Source of the DNA: Dicyema japonicum
Lineage: Eukaryota > Animalia > Dicyemida
Reading direction: 5' to 3'
Assembly: GCA_011109175.1 (NCBI GenBank)
Contig: RDEW01000025.1
Location: 341,990-405,989 of the forward strand
Length of the DNA stretch: 64,000 bases
A model generated the notes under the pieces. It had not been told where the DNA came from and did no database searches. It saw nothing but the letters and a program-made list of their open reading frames with translations. Each line of letters opens with the position of its first letter. The first letter of the stretch is position 1. Positions 1 to 13,425 of the stretch are shown piece by piece. The position numbers were made by a program, and so were the translations under genes.

Positions 1-3000
1 GCTTCCTTATTCCAAAACCTCAGGTTTCTGATGTCTCCCATGTCCCCAGTTCGCCTCTCCTTTCGTCTCAGACTATTTGACAGGAACATGAGGAATCTTA
101 AACTTCGAAGAGAGCTGATCACCTCATTACAAGAGGACAACCTCGGTCTCTCCTAGGGCTGAAGTGATTAATGTGGATAAGGAAGCAATCGTTATCTGAA
201 AGATGCTGCACGTGACACACAAATATGTTAGTTATAGCTAGCAAGCCAGCAAATATCACCACGGAGGACAACTTCGCAACATCTGTGGAAAGATTCCTTG
301 GATTTACGTACGATGCTTCCTGAAGCTCTTAGTGGTGATCTGAGATCGATAAAAATGGGCTCAAGATGAAGGATCTTGGTGATCTGAGAAGTCGACTTCA
401 AATAGAAGGATGGTGGAAGCGATTAGTGAACATGATTATCCAAGCGTGAGAGTTGCCCTCATGATCCAATATTTTGGAAAAGTCATTGGGTCACTTTGAG
501 TTCACTCTTCCGTGTTTTTACAAGTCGATTAATCCCGGACTCCCTTGCTTGGTCTTCCAATGTATCAATTGTAGAATGGTAGAGATTCTGCCTATAAAGG
601 AACTTCGACAAGGATCTCCCTCTTTACGACCGATCGAAATCAAAACTGTAGGGAAAGTCCTACTCTGATTGAGTTTGGTAGCAACGATTCTAAAACCCTG
701 ATCTCAGGAGGTCCAGCCCCTAGGTTTTTCTTGTTTCAAGGACCTGCGTTTCGAAGAGCCCGCATGAAATTGGGGGATCTTGGTCAAATCAATTGCATTC
801 GTAGCAAAATCTCACTAAAGTTTTAATTATCCTCCCCTCTCTAATTCAGTTGTGAGGGATGGTTTTTCTCCGCAGAAAACAAATCATGGGAGAAGACAGG
901 GAGTGGCTATTAAGCTAGCACTCAAATGAGTCCTGAGGAGAATTCGAACGGAGAGAAGGCGAAAGTTATAAAACCTAGTAGAGAAGTAATGGAGGAACAG
1001 ACACTGTCTTCCGTAAAGAACGAATTCTGACCATTTATGTCCAGCTACTGAGGTAATCATGAAAGGAAAAAGATCTTGTTGAGGAGTCCAAGTAAATATA
1101 TTACTGGAAATCACCGTTCTCTCATTAGAGGTGTTAACTTCCAACTTATCCTCTCTCCTTATCGGAGTCAATCGTTCCTTCTCTTCTCCCATTCAAGTCG
1201 GAAGTAGAGATGAACCAAAAGCTAAAAACTGTCTAATCCTTTCCACTCTTTCCTTCTATTCCTAAAGGGGTCATTAGATCCACCTAATTCAGGAGTCCTG
1301 GTTTCTGATGATCCTGAGTCCATTAATAAGGGGGAAGAAGGTTGATGAGATGAACAAATTAACTGTGCAAGAGCTATTCCATAGTGTACCAGAGCTACGT
1401 CATCAGTCAACAGCTAACCACTAAGCTAACTGGCTAGGGATCTGTGATGGTGACTATACCGTGCTGGCCCACTAATCTTTAAAGTCTTAGATGCGGTAGA
1501 AAGACATCTTGTTGAGCTACATCTTGAAGGTTTACCTAAGGTTTTAAGCAAAGTCTTAAAGTTAACCAAAAATGGTAGTGAAACTTATCTTACGGTCCCT
1601 GTGGTGCTGGAATGGCATTCATTGTTAAAGATGTTGTAATTTGAACACGTAAACTTCACTGGACTAATCATACGAGGTCCCTATTGTATGAGAACGTTCA
1701 CTCCCGGGAACTCTGCGAGGGGTAAGAGGCATTTACAAAATCTCCCTATATTGAAAAACCACGGAAACTACAAGAGGCAGTGTTTGCTTCCTCTCTATGG
1801 TGATCGCCAGGCAGAAAGTTACCTTGAGAGCAACGGTTCGAACTTCCTAATATAGTCAGGGACACTGATCTCTGTTTCAGAAAGTCAGGTGGAGACCATT
1901 GACTTTGTGCAGTCGACGCAAAATGTCCCATACAATGAGCAGACATAGAAAAGTCAAGGAATTTATCTCCGACATCGTTCACTTTTAATAAATGTAAACC
2001 ACGTGGTATAATTCACAACTGGTGAACCACGTGACACCAAATGGATAAGTTAAATTACTCTCTCCGAGACCCGTGGAGAATTATTTCCGGAAAGGGGGAT
2101 GGGGTATTAGAATTTCTAGATGGTGGGATCTCGAGAAAAGCATGGGATAAGGTGAAGATGCTACTAATTACCTGATGCCTGCGTTTTTAGAGGTAGAGAA
2201 GTGGGTCTACCCTCTTCCATTTTCATCGCACGGCACATCACTCCATTAATAGGCGGGATTGTTTTCACCAGACTCAATTGATGTGCGAATGGTGCAAGCG
2301 ACTTAATGGTAGCTCTGAAGGATTCTGGTAATATCCTTGAATACTGACTGGGGTTAAGTGGTCGAAAAGAGACATTGATGGATCACATTCAGCGCTCGTG
2401 AGATATTAGGTGAAGTCATCAGATTGAACCACGTGGGTATTCACTTAAAGTATTAAAATGTATTAAGAACATTCGAGAATGTATTTCCCTCGTTAACCAC
2501 GGAGTAGACTCAGAATTCAGCATCCAATACAAGAATCGATTTTTTGCTCATATGAGGCGTATTTATCAGCCTATTTTATGGGAGAATTGATCAACTATTG
2601 GGGGATTCAATTAATCCCCAAGAGATCGTCCCTTACCTAATTAGTGTCCCAATTGTGTCAATAATTTAACTTTACTAACTGCGAACTAAGTAGGTTCAGT
2701 CCCCAAGGTCCACTTAGCCAAATCATAAATGAGAAGCATCACAACTAATAGTTCAGTAGGTGGGGGAGGTCAAATGATGACCATGCACTGGGTACTTGCG
2801 TTGAACAAATTAGATACATAAACCACGTGGCATGGAAAGCCACTCCCAAACAACTTATTTAGCAAACTAAGCGAAAATCACTCAAAATTTATTAATGACC
2901 CCACAGCAAAAACGCTATCCTGAAGAACCACGTGTGGCTTTATTTTTAAAACCTACCGATCAAAATGAGACAATTGGCAATCAAAATGAGATGTTAACCC

Positions 3001-3171
3001 TTATTAACATTATCTTAACTCACATGGAAACAAATGATTATTTTATTTAAAAATTAATCCATGCTAACGAATGGGCATTATTAGTGAGCCGTTAACGATT
3101 AATGTGATTAATATTTTAATTAGTTGTGGTTTACTTTACTATGTAATGCTTGACCTTTTTAATTATTATTA

Positions 3172-3259
3172 CAGTCGAACCCCGGGGTAAGGGCATCAAT
3201 GTGCCCCAAAAATTGAGGGTGCCCCAAGACGGGGGTTTTATTGGGGCGGGGTTCGACTG
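3172..3259. mobile_element. 88-bp pogo/Tc1-type MITE
   Basis: Perfect 13-bp terminal inverted repeats CAGTCGAACCCCG (3172-3184 and 3247-3259), flanked by TA on both sides. It appears inserted in the GGGTTAATA tail of a LINE 3' end. Confidence 0.85.
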
Positions 3260-3410
3260 TATTAACCCAGCATACAACGACAAATAAGTTAGGAATGAAT
3301 AATTAATTGAGTGTATCCAGTTTCCACTGGTACAGACCAGAGTCCTTCAATGTTACACAAGTCCATACAGAACCAGCATAAAAGGTTAAATACGTCCATT
3401 CCTTGCAGTT

Positions 3411-3585
3411 GTGGAAACCCCTCCAGTGGAGTAGGTGAGAGCAAATGATTCTTTTACGCGACAACCTGGCACTGGGCGCCAGCTGAGACAGAAGGATGAC
3501 GGAACTCTAGTAGGAAAGGAAAGAGGAGGAACAAACAAAACAAACAGAATTCTTCAACCAATTAACAACATAACACCACAACCTT
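3411..3585. repeat. Dispersed ~170-bp repeat family (SINE-like body), copy 1
   Basis: Aligns by eye with 45209-45378 (GAAACCCCTCCAGTGGAGT...CTGGCACTG.GCGCCA...CACTCTA.TAGGAA...CAAACAGAA...TTCAACCAATTA). Partial copies lie near 16670-16755, 43725-43770 and 46770-46800. The reverse strand resembles the GATGGCGTCATTGGATCCACC body at 15395-15480, 35340-35390 and 38040-38110. Confidence 0.7.
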
Positions 3586-3653
3586 TTTTAATTAAAACAC
3601 AAAAAATAATTTTAAATTGTCAAATTTAATAAAACAGTTTTTTAATTAATTTA

Positions 3654-4430
<777 letters not shown>

Positions 4431-5399
4431 GTGATGATTCAATTTAAATATTTTATTATTTTATTTAATAATTTTATATTAATTAAATTAGTAAATAATT
4501 TAATTATAAAATCAAAAAACTCCACTTTGACCTAATTTATCATTAATTAGCAAATCTGTCGATAATTGAATTTATATTTGATTTATTGACTTTCTATCAT
4601 TTATTAATATTATTTCAGGGTTTATTTTTAATTTATTTTAGTTACTCTAAAAACATATAATTATATAGTTGCCATAGAAACGTATGACCTGGAATATTTA
4701 TGACAAATTTGCTTGATCTCGTATATTCTGATGTCTATCTGACATCTTGATAACTTATCTCAATCTATTTGATCAATATCCTTAGGCGGGTATTGAGTGT
4801 TTACCCCCTCATCGACTCTCCTTTAGTGAGGGCTTGTGTGGAGTCGAGGATGAAGAACGGGTTGTGGTGATTCTTTGATTTTTATTTCATTGTTGTGGTA
4901 TTTGCTTGAGCATTGTTGTTTTCACATGGTCGTCAAGGATTACTGTAATTAAGTAGATATTGTAATTTGAGTTTAAAATCACAATTAAGTTAATATTCTG
5001 ACTGATAATTATTTCGTCAGATAACCTCAAATTGAGTATTGATTTTATTTAAGTAGGAACTTAACTATGTGAGGCACTGGAAGAATAACGTCATAATTTT
5101 TGCAATAAAAATTTGTTAAAGAAACTGGAATCCTGGAATGGCAGAGACTTGGCAGGGGTGAGGGTGGGCTATAATATAGGGAGGCGATATTCTGGAGAAT
5201 ACGGTTTCTGGTAAGGTTCTCTCTTTCTAGAGGCGTCCAATGCTGACAACCGTTTTTGGGGCCATAAACTCCTATGATTTAACTGAAATATTGGGAGAAG
5301 CACTACATTGCATAAGATGACACGTGACTGGATCCTAGTCAAGTTCCACAAAGGGTAGTTAAAATAGTTGGAGGTGAATGACTTCGCCAGATACAAGCA

Positions 5400-5720
5400 A
5401 CTGTCATACAGCTCGCAGGATTTGACCTACATTCGTCCAAAATCCAGGTTATTCCTAATGTGGTGAATGACTTCACTTCTACCTAAGTTTGACGAAGGAT
5501 AGTAGGGGGTAACCTTCGGGTAGATGTAACCACAGTTAGATGCAAACAGACGTATTAGAAGAAGGAATGGAAAGCTCTCCCTATATAACCGAGTCTTCCT
5601 GTAGACCAACCGTGGAAGAAAGTCATGAAAAGAGATTAACAAAAATTTCCCCATAAACCAGCGTTTCTCAATTTTTATCGTAACAATCTGGTCCCACGTG
5701 ATTTTGAGAAAGCTTTTTGG
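5400..5720 (-). mobile_element. Heavily decayed L1/Tx1-like reverse transcriptase remnant
   Basis: Degenerate motifs in the expected order across shifting frames: KAF..ITW (DxxKAFDxVxW), TRLYRESFPFLLL (RGLRQGxPLSPxLF) and IHH..NNLDF (HLxFADD). Confidence 0.3.
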
Positions 5721-6670
5721 TAAAACAATTTCCTGATCCGGACAGTATAGGAATTCTTAAAGGAATACACCATTCGAGACATCTTGAGTGTCTAAGAACG
5801 GTCAACTGCAGAAGAATTTCTGGGATAGGGGATGAAGAAAATATTCAATCGACCCCCATGCAGTCAAGTGTGCAAGAGAGTTATGAAAGGGGATAACAAA
5901 AATCTAAATATTTATCTCAGCTAATAACTGTGATTGGTGAACATTATCCCAAGTCCCTCAGAATGAGAGGGGTGTCAAGGTTCATCTTTGCTTTCACCAA
6001 CTTGTGGAACTAGCTCGTGATTGAGGAAATCACAGGAAAAGAAAGTACGATAGATTCAGATGGGAAGAGAGGAGATTAATGAGTCCTCTAAGAATGGAGG
6101 TGATTTCTAGTGATTCCCAAGATGTACTCTTCTAGCACTATCAGTACTTTTCCTTGAATGTATGGATGCAGAGGGACAGATAATTAGTTCGGTTACTATT
6201 ACCCTCTTTCTTGATGAACCCTGGGGTATCTAAGTGGCAACACAAATCAGGAACAATTATATCTTTTCCGCAAAGTCCGACGATTTCCCTGGATGTACGA
6301 GTGATAAGGCTCCCGTTCTCCTTACAAGTGCCTCAAAAGAGTTAGTCTAGCACCGAGGTGGAGAAGCACCTGATCAACTATAATATATTTGGTCTTCTAC
6401 AATCCCCAGTCTAGTGAGATCCCAAATTCGAATATTACTTCTGACTTCATTAACTATAACTATAAGCTGCACGTGGTTAAAGAACGAGTCCGATTCCCAA
6501 ACAAGATCTCAATTATGGTCAACCTCTCAGAGCTGAAAAAATAAATAATTTATTATAAAATAATATATAAATTAAAATAAAATAATTCAAATAATAATTA
6601 AAACGGTTTTGTGGTCGAACGCACATAGATTTAAAAAATAACTAAAAGAATTTATTTTTGAAAAGGAAAC

Positions 6671-9600
6671 ATGAATCATGAAAGAATCATAAAGCTAATA
6701 GAATCGTTAGCAAAGACCTCGGTACTCAGCAAATTAATACCAAATAGATTGACAGAATTGACGTGGACAAATCAGTTAGTAGAATAAACCGGTCATTTCG
6801 CTTCGAAGTCAAGCCGGACACTAATGAAAACGTCGTCCATTCAAAAATAGAAGGGTCTTTGGATTATGTGACTTATAGATTTTACGAACGATTTATTATT
6901 TCCTGTCAAAACGACAAGGCTAAATACTTCAAGAAACTTATCGATTCCATACTAAATAGCGACCTGCCTAATCCCAACATCAACTTTGTGCGAAATGTAA
7001 TTTTATTTAATTTTTTTATTTTTAAATATTTTTTTAAATTTATCAAATTTTTAGAAATTACTGGAATATCGCATTTTTGACTTTTTATTTAATTTATCTT
7101 CTCGTCCCCTACAGTCAAATTTCAATAAATCCTGCCTTTTCTGTGAAAGTGTCGGTTTTCCGTGAATTCACGGTTTTTAGAAACCACGGATTTTGAAAGC
7201 TTAGAACTTGATTATTCTGATCTTTATGCGTCAGAAGACCTATCAGAGAAGGTAGGATTTGGTCTACTAATTAAGTGCTCTTCGGAGGACTCGGTTTTCT
7301 CTTATTCTGAATGTTACTACGTGGACGAGACCGAAGACAAGGGAGAAATGGTAGAAGAGGCCAAGCCGATCAATATGGAAGATTCTACGGAGCTGGTTGA
7401 TCGGAATCTGATTAATGTGAGGGACCATGACTTGAAAATAGACTACTCATGTTTTTCGCAGTACAAAATTTCTAATATTTTGAGGTTTTTTTCCCATCTA
7501 ATTTAGACTCGGATATTTGACTGGAAAAGGCCGCCAAAAGAAACTGACCAGTCAAGTAATTGTGGGTCTAAACCTTCTTTGGTAGGGTCACTGGTTTAAT
7601 ATAGGTCAATTCAAGGAATTGGAAACGAAGGGATCGACCATCTGCTAGAAAACTACGAGCTGACTCACATGTCCATGGTAATGATGGTTTGTTATGAAGT
7701 CAACCCTAAATACCGCTTTCTCTCTTATACGAACACGTGGAAAACAGGTTGGTGAGATAAGAACGTTTTGTGAGCAAAATGATGACGTCTTGGAATCGTG
7801 GTAAACTCAGTGTGTTCCCATATATTGGATTTGCTACAAGGCCTTGATTGTTTTATAAACAAATTTGAAAAGTTTGTGCGACTTGTTCCAGGTTGAAATG
7901 TTTTTTATTATTATTTAATTTTTTTGAAATTTTAAATTTTAATAAATATTTTTAAATTTAGGTGAGGAATTTTCCTTGCTTGGGTTGATCCTCTCTTTAC
8001 AGCCGTGGATCAGGCTGATTGGAGTTATCCATAATGTTGTGAGCACTATGGAGTCTTTTATTCATGACAATGTTGTGCAATCTCAGCAGAATGTAAAGAT
8101 TGTCGACTACCTAAGCAATCTAATGGAGAAATGCTTTTATTCCGATCAATACACAGAAAATATCATTTTGGAGCAATTTGACTGGCTCACCCGGGATCTT
8201 GTCCCACATAACTTGATTGTGGAGTAAATTATTAAAAAGTAGATTTCATCAGTATTCTCCACGTGGACAACTTCTGTTCGCAGCTACTTGAATCTGCTGG
8301 ATCTCGGTCTCTTCCATGTATACGACTGTGAGGCTATTCTTCAAAACATTCCAACTTGGTAAGTTATTTTTACAACCAATTTTATAGCGATGATTTAAAG
8401 GGGTGATCAATCTTACTGAATCTGAACTGGCCATTGATTTTTCCGAAAGTCAAAATCAAAAATATTGCATTCATTATTAAAATGACGTCATCCTTCAAAG
8501 ATCATTCAAAATTTTTCAGACGTAACGGTTTTGTGTCTTCTTATTGTAAGAGGAACTGTTGGGAGATCACGTGTTTTCAGTTTTGGCTAAGAAGTTAAAG
8601 TTGGTTAAAACCAAGCGAACGAAAATATACGAAGCCTTCAAATATGGGGATTACATAACAGACTGTGATATAGTCTTGCAGCAAACCATTTCGACACACT
8701 TTGAGGAGTATTTCTCAGCCACAGTTGAGGCTATTTTGGAAAGCGGAACAGAATGGTATGTCAGACTGTAAACCCTAATTAGGCTTGTCAGTGGGGAATT
8801 TATTGACAATCCTGTGGTTTCAGTGCGCCAGATTACTTCTGAGTGGATCAGTAACAAAAGATTAAAGTGTTCACAAGAAGGCATTCGAATTTTAAAATCT
8901 GAATTTAATTTTATTTATATTTTAAATAATTTAATAGTTTGAATGTATTATTAATTTTAGAAAAATTATTTATTTTTTGATTTTTGCTCCACAATTTCAC
9001 TTCTCGATGATATTTTTTCTACGGTTTATACCGGTTTTAATTTTAGATTGAGGATACAGAATATGCTGGAAAATTTGACAAAAAAGAAGTTTTAAATTTA
9101 ATTTTAATGAATTTAAATTTATTTAATTTCAAGTGATATTTTTATTTATTTTTAGCGGTCAAATTAATGGAGGGGAATTTTGTCCGTTTCTTGTTGATTG
9201 CATTAATTTAGTCGATGTGGACTATCCGGTTGTTATTGTGTTTTACTTTTTTTGTAGTTTTCAGGTCTTCTTTCACGTTTTATTACCAAAACTGACTTTG
9301 AGAAGCTCACCCAAGTTAGAAGTTTGATTTTCCGGATCATTCTGGCAAAGTATTTACTGGAACGAACTCATCTTTGCTGTTTGTCTTATTTTTGTGACCA
9401 TTCTGTAGACAGGGACCGAATGGGTGATAGAACATACTCTTTTTTTGACTTTTGTATCCTTCGGGGTCGACTCTTGTCCGTTATTTCCGCGATTTACCGC
9501 AATTTTGTCTTTTCTGTTTACCTGGAAGTAATTCCTGCCTTTATGGAAAGGATTGAATCTTCTCAAGACTGTGAAGAGGTCGTATCATTATGGAATGGTC

Positions 9601-9867
9601 TTATAAAGGATCTAATGTCCCTTTCTTTTTATGGTGAATCTGATGAGGGACCGAGGGAGGTCGTCGTGAGACTGACAGAACTGGCTGAGGAGTTGCATTG
9701 GGCTTATCAGAATGGGTGAGGTGATGGGTTATTGTAGTGGAGATGTTGAGTGGTTGGGAAATGATATTAGGGAACTTGGAGTTATAGTGGACAGATTTAG
9801 GGAGGAGGTTGTTGTGAGGGAGAATGGGAAATATGGGTGGATGATTGATTTGTTAGATGTTTTGTAA
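6671..9867 (+). CDS. TUBGCP5: Gamma-tubulin complex component 5-like, many tiny introns plus about 3 longer AT-rich introns
   Basis: N-terminal acidic tract. FSTWTTSVRSYLNLLD matches GCP5 LWVETVRPYLQTVD. LTQVRSLIFRIILAKYLLE matches YNQVFLLLLQIKWAKYSLD. RGRLLSVISAIYRNFVF...FMERIESSQDCEEVV matches the C-terminal GRIP2 region. Internal exon boundaries were only partly resolved. Confidence 0.7.
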
Positions 9868-11748
9868 ATATGTGGTGACTTTATCTGTAGACCCATCTTG
9901 AACGATTTGGGGGTAATTTTTATTATTAAGCATTCTCACCCTGCCATGGTAATGACAAATCTTGTGGAATTCGAGAAACTATTGACAAAGTCATCTTCCT
10001 CCACTTTCATAAGTTCTCGAAGTCTATCTAGAAAGTCTACCAATCTTTTGGAGGTACCCGTCGAGGAATATAATGAGGGTGATTATAGGTTGTCCACGGA
10101 ATATGGGAGCCTCAGAGACCGCAGAGTTTTTACGGTGATGTAAGATGAATAGTCTTTCTTCGGCTGAGCTGTAGATGAAACTGGTGGATCATATGTCACC
10201 GTTAAAGTACTTTAATGAGCTAGAAAATGGTTTGGGAAAGGTAACCAATATGAAATATGCCCCTACACGCTAAGTGCGGTTGCGCTAGTTCCGCTAATCT
10301 ACCGGCACGATCTCTGTCATGAATTTGCTTGTAAGAGAATATTGTAGAGAATGTGAGATGGGGTGAAAGATATAAACTTTGGTTATAAGGCTATCGATTA
10401 TTCTCTGTTACTAAGAATCTTCAGTTAGAATAACCTGAGTGGACTGATGATGCTTTGAGGTTTCCTATATTATATGTTCATTTATTCCATTATGACACGA
10501 TCTGTTAATGACGCTCAAAAATGTGAGGTTTTTTAAAAAGCAGTATATTCAGTCGTCTCATTTCCAGTTACAGTAACACACTTATTGATGTCACAATGGA
10601 AGCTTCAGCAATACTTCCTATATTCAAATTATGCGCTTATCATTAAAATAATCTAAAGTAGCTTCACGCTCGAGTGAATACTTAACAAACTCAATGAAGG
10701 TTGCTTAATAGAAAGTCTGCTTAAAGTATATTACTTAATCAATGCGATTGATTCATGAGAGTGACAGTATTCAAGAGTCACGTTTCCTTCATATTTTCTC
10801 TAAGACACATAAGATGCTAGCATGAAGAGCTCATAGCTGCATAACCCGCTTTTTTATGGCCTCGATCCCCTCCAGGAAATTAGACTTGGTATTGAGCATC
10901 AAACCGAAGTAACTAGGGAACATACTATAACATTAATATCAGTCCTGTGGTCCACCTGTTCAAGGAGACTCTCAGTGATTGGTCGGAGGATACAAAATAG
11001 ATCTGGCACATTGAATATCTTGTCGATTTCGCTTCCAAATTCTGTATATGGGGACTCGATTACTCGTAAAATCTCATAGAAAGGTGAGAGAAGTCTAGTT
11101 TGCTTCTTCACTGTCCTCAACCTTTTTATGTAGGGTTGTCGTCTAGTACTCTCCTCATCACTGGAGAGCGGAATACAAAGTGAGGGAGACGAATACTGGC
11201 GGACTCTATATAGTCTCTCATAAAAGAAACAGGTGAACCTTACTGTGGAAGTGATCTATGTAACACAAGTCTCTGCTAGAAAGCGCACAATAGCTGAGGT
11301 GGAGAGGGCTAATCAGTTAAAAGTAGTGTTAATCAATGTTACTTTTCAAATAGTTCATGACTAATGGTAATGAATGACGTCACAGATGTCATCTTCACGC
11401 TTATTAGTGTAGGTACTATTTTTATACTTGGTCAACCAGAATCACATAAATGGAGGGCAGTGACCTGGAAACGCGTGTAATACCTATGTAAGCAGAAAAT
11501 CTAATTGATCAATTCTGACCAACGTCATCAAAGATGTCAATGACTTATGTATCAAATGGTATTAAATAAGCGGGAAATATGCTATTTACGAGATAAATAA
11601 AAATAAATTTTAATAAGATATATAAATCGATCATAATTATCTAATCTGGTTTAAATAATTTAATAAACATAAAATTCAAAATAATTAAAAAAATAAAATA
11701 AAATATTTAAATTACAATCGTATTCTGGTGGGCAAAATTTTAATTTAA

Positions 11749-12529
11749 ATGTCCTTTTGGAAGTTTAGCAACAAAGATGAGTTATTCAAGAGCGTGGTCT
11801 CTTTCAGCAAGAAGATGGCGACAAAAATACACACCATATCCGATTCTGTAATCACTGAGAGCAAAGTTCTATTCCTACTTATAAAATCCACTAGTTGGTA
11901 CTCCATGAACTTATGGAAGATATCAAGGAGGATGCCATCGACTACTCTCAATTTCTTCCGTGGTATGAGACCCCTAATCTTACGGAAACGGAAATCGAGC
12001 AGTACAAAAAACTCGTTCTTAAGATTTCCACCGTATTTTTTTATATTTGACTTTTTAGAACGAATCAAACTTTTTTGTGGAGGTCCCTTCTTCGTTTACT
12101 CCTCCGGGGGAGAGGATCAGCGACCGAGCCATTGCCCTCCTTAAATTCGACGAAAACTTGCGAGAAATGCGCTATAAATTCGTTCCAAGCGAGTTTCGGG
12201 ATCATCTTTAATTTTAGAATCTCAGAACTCGAGTTTTGGCGGACATATTTCTACCACGTGTCTCTAGTTGAACAATGCATTGGAACACATGTGGAATCTA
12301 AGACTCTCGAGGTCGTGAAGGAGACACACGTGGTGATAGAGAAACCTTCAGTGGGGCATAGCGTACAGGGAAGTGATGGCACTGGGGACAGCTTCTCCGT
12401 GATAGGGACTGATTATGACATTCGTAGTGGTTTTATGGGAGGTGTTTAGAAGAGGTTGAGGAGGAAGAGGAGTATGAGGATATGGATGATGAAGTGAGGA
12501 AGCAGTTGGAGGAAGAGGGACTCCTGTGA
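11749..12529 (+). CDS. SYAP1: BSD-domain protein, synapse-associated protein 1-like
   Basis: Spliced FLPWYETPN...LVLKISTNESNFFVEVP...AIALLKFDENLREMRYKFVPSEISELEFWRTYFYHVSLV matches the SYAP1/SAP47 BSD domain. Acidic C-terminus. Four introns of about 25-29 nt. Confidence 0.85.
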
Positions 12530-12611
12530 TATTTTGGCTTTACGAGCACTTTTGAATTAATTTAGTCATATTAATTATTTTTTAATAATTTTTTTTTTAT
12601 TATTTTTTTAA

Positions 12612-13425
12612 TAAATCAATATCATCATTGCAACAAGAAGCAGTTCGACATCAGAAGCAGTGTCACTCGCACAAAAGAAAGTGGGTTGTATCCACGATTG
12701 GTTGATAGCTAACCGTCTCTCGGTATCGGCTCCAAAATCAACATGCACTCTATCACCTTCGACCGGCGGTCCAAAGAAGCTCCAGAAATCTTCATCGGAC
12801 ATACTCGGATACCTGTCACAAGAAACCCCTAAATCTTGGGAGTGACATACGACAGGCTGCTTAATTTACCTACCATGCCAAACAAGTCATCAGCAAAGGA
12901 CTACAGAAATTGAATGTCACACGGGCCCTCATCCAGAAGACCCCAGCGAATATGAATAAAGCAATCGGAACCACATACCGCCAGACAATCCGCCGGCCGT
13001 GGAATATGCCTCTGCTGAGTGGAGATTCTCGTTATGAGGCCACTGTCCAAAAATTAAACTTATTGCAAAGGAAAACAATACGTATGCTGGGACCACAATG
13101 TGGAACAAAAATACCTCCCCTGCTGACCGAATCTACAACTCGTAGATGTGGTTCCGAATTTCTCCGCATTTGCAAGGAAGATGGACACCCACTAAGTCTC
13201 TCACTGTTCCACGCAAAAGAAAATCGGTTGGCTAAGAAATATCCTTCCCCAATCGGCTTCCTCTGCAAGGATCAAAGAAGGCAATTTCGTTCGACAGTGG
13301 GAACAATGGAGAGGCTTAGAATGATACGTTTGGTTGCGGGAACTGGGATCACCTAACTAGTTGACATTACTTTGTCTTTCTTTCTCGGTGATCCCGGGGT
13401 TAATAAATAAATAATAAATTATTTT
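12612..13425 (+). mobile_element. 5'-truncated Jockey/I-like LINE (RT C-terminus and 3' tail), frameshifted
   Basis: IHDWLIANRLSVSAPKSTCTL, P(K)SLGVTYDR.L and IPPL motifs. Ends GGAACTGGGATCACCTAA...GGGTTAATAAATAAATAA. The same 3' end recurs near 33370 (-), 46850 (+) and 63260 (-). Confidence 0.75.

Noticed and set aside
1-1980. Possible multi-exon gene on the minus strand
   Set aside because: A few intron-like 24-28 nt segments occur, but no consistent open frame or recognisable motif could be assembled. Left unannotated.
2280-2800. Fragments resembling 16S rRNA (GGTGCAAGCG, CTCGTGAGATATTAGGTGAAGTC, GGTGGGGGAGGTCAAAT)
   Set aside because: Matches are short and degenerate, and their spacing does not fit SSU rRNA. 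Probably chance or decayed repeat.
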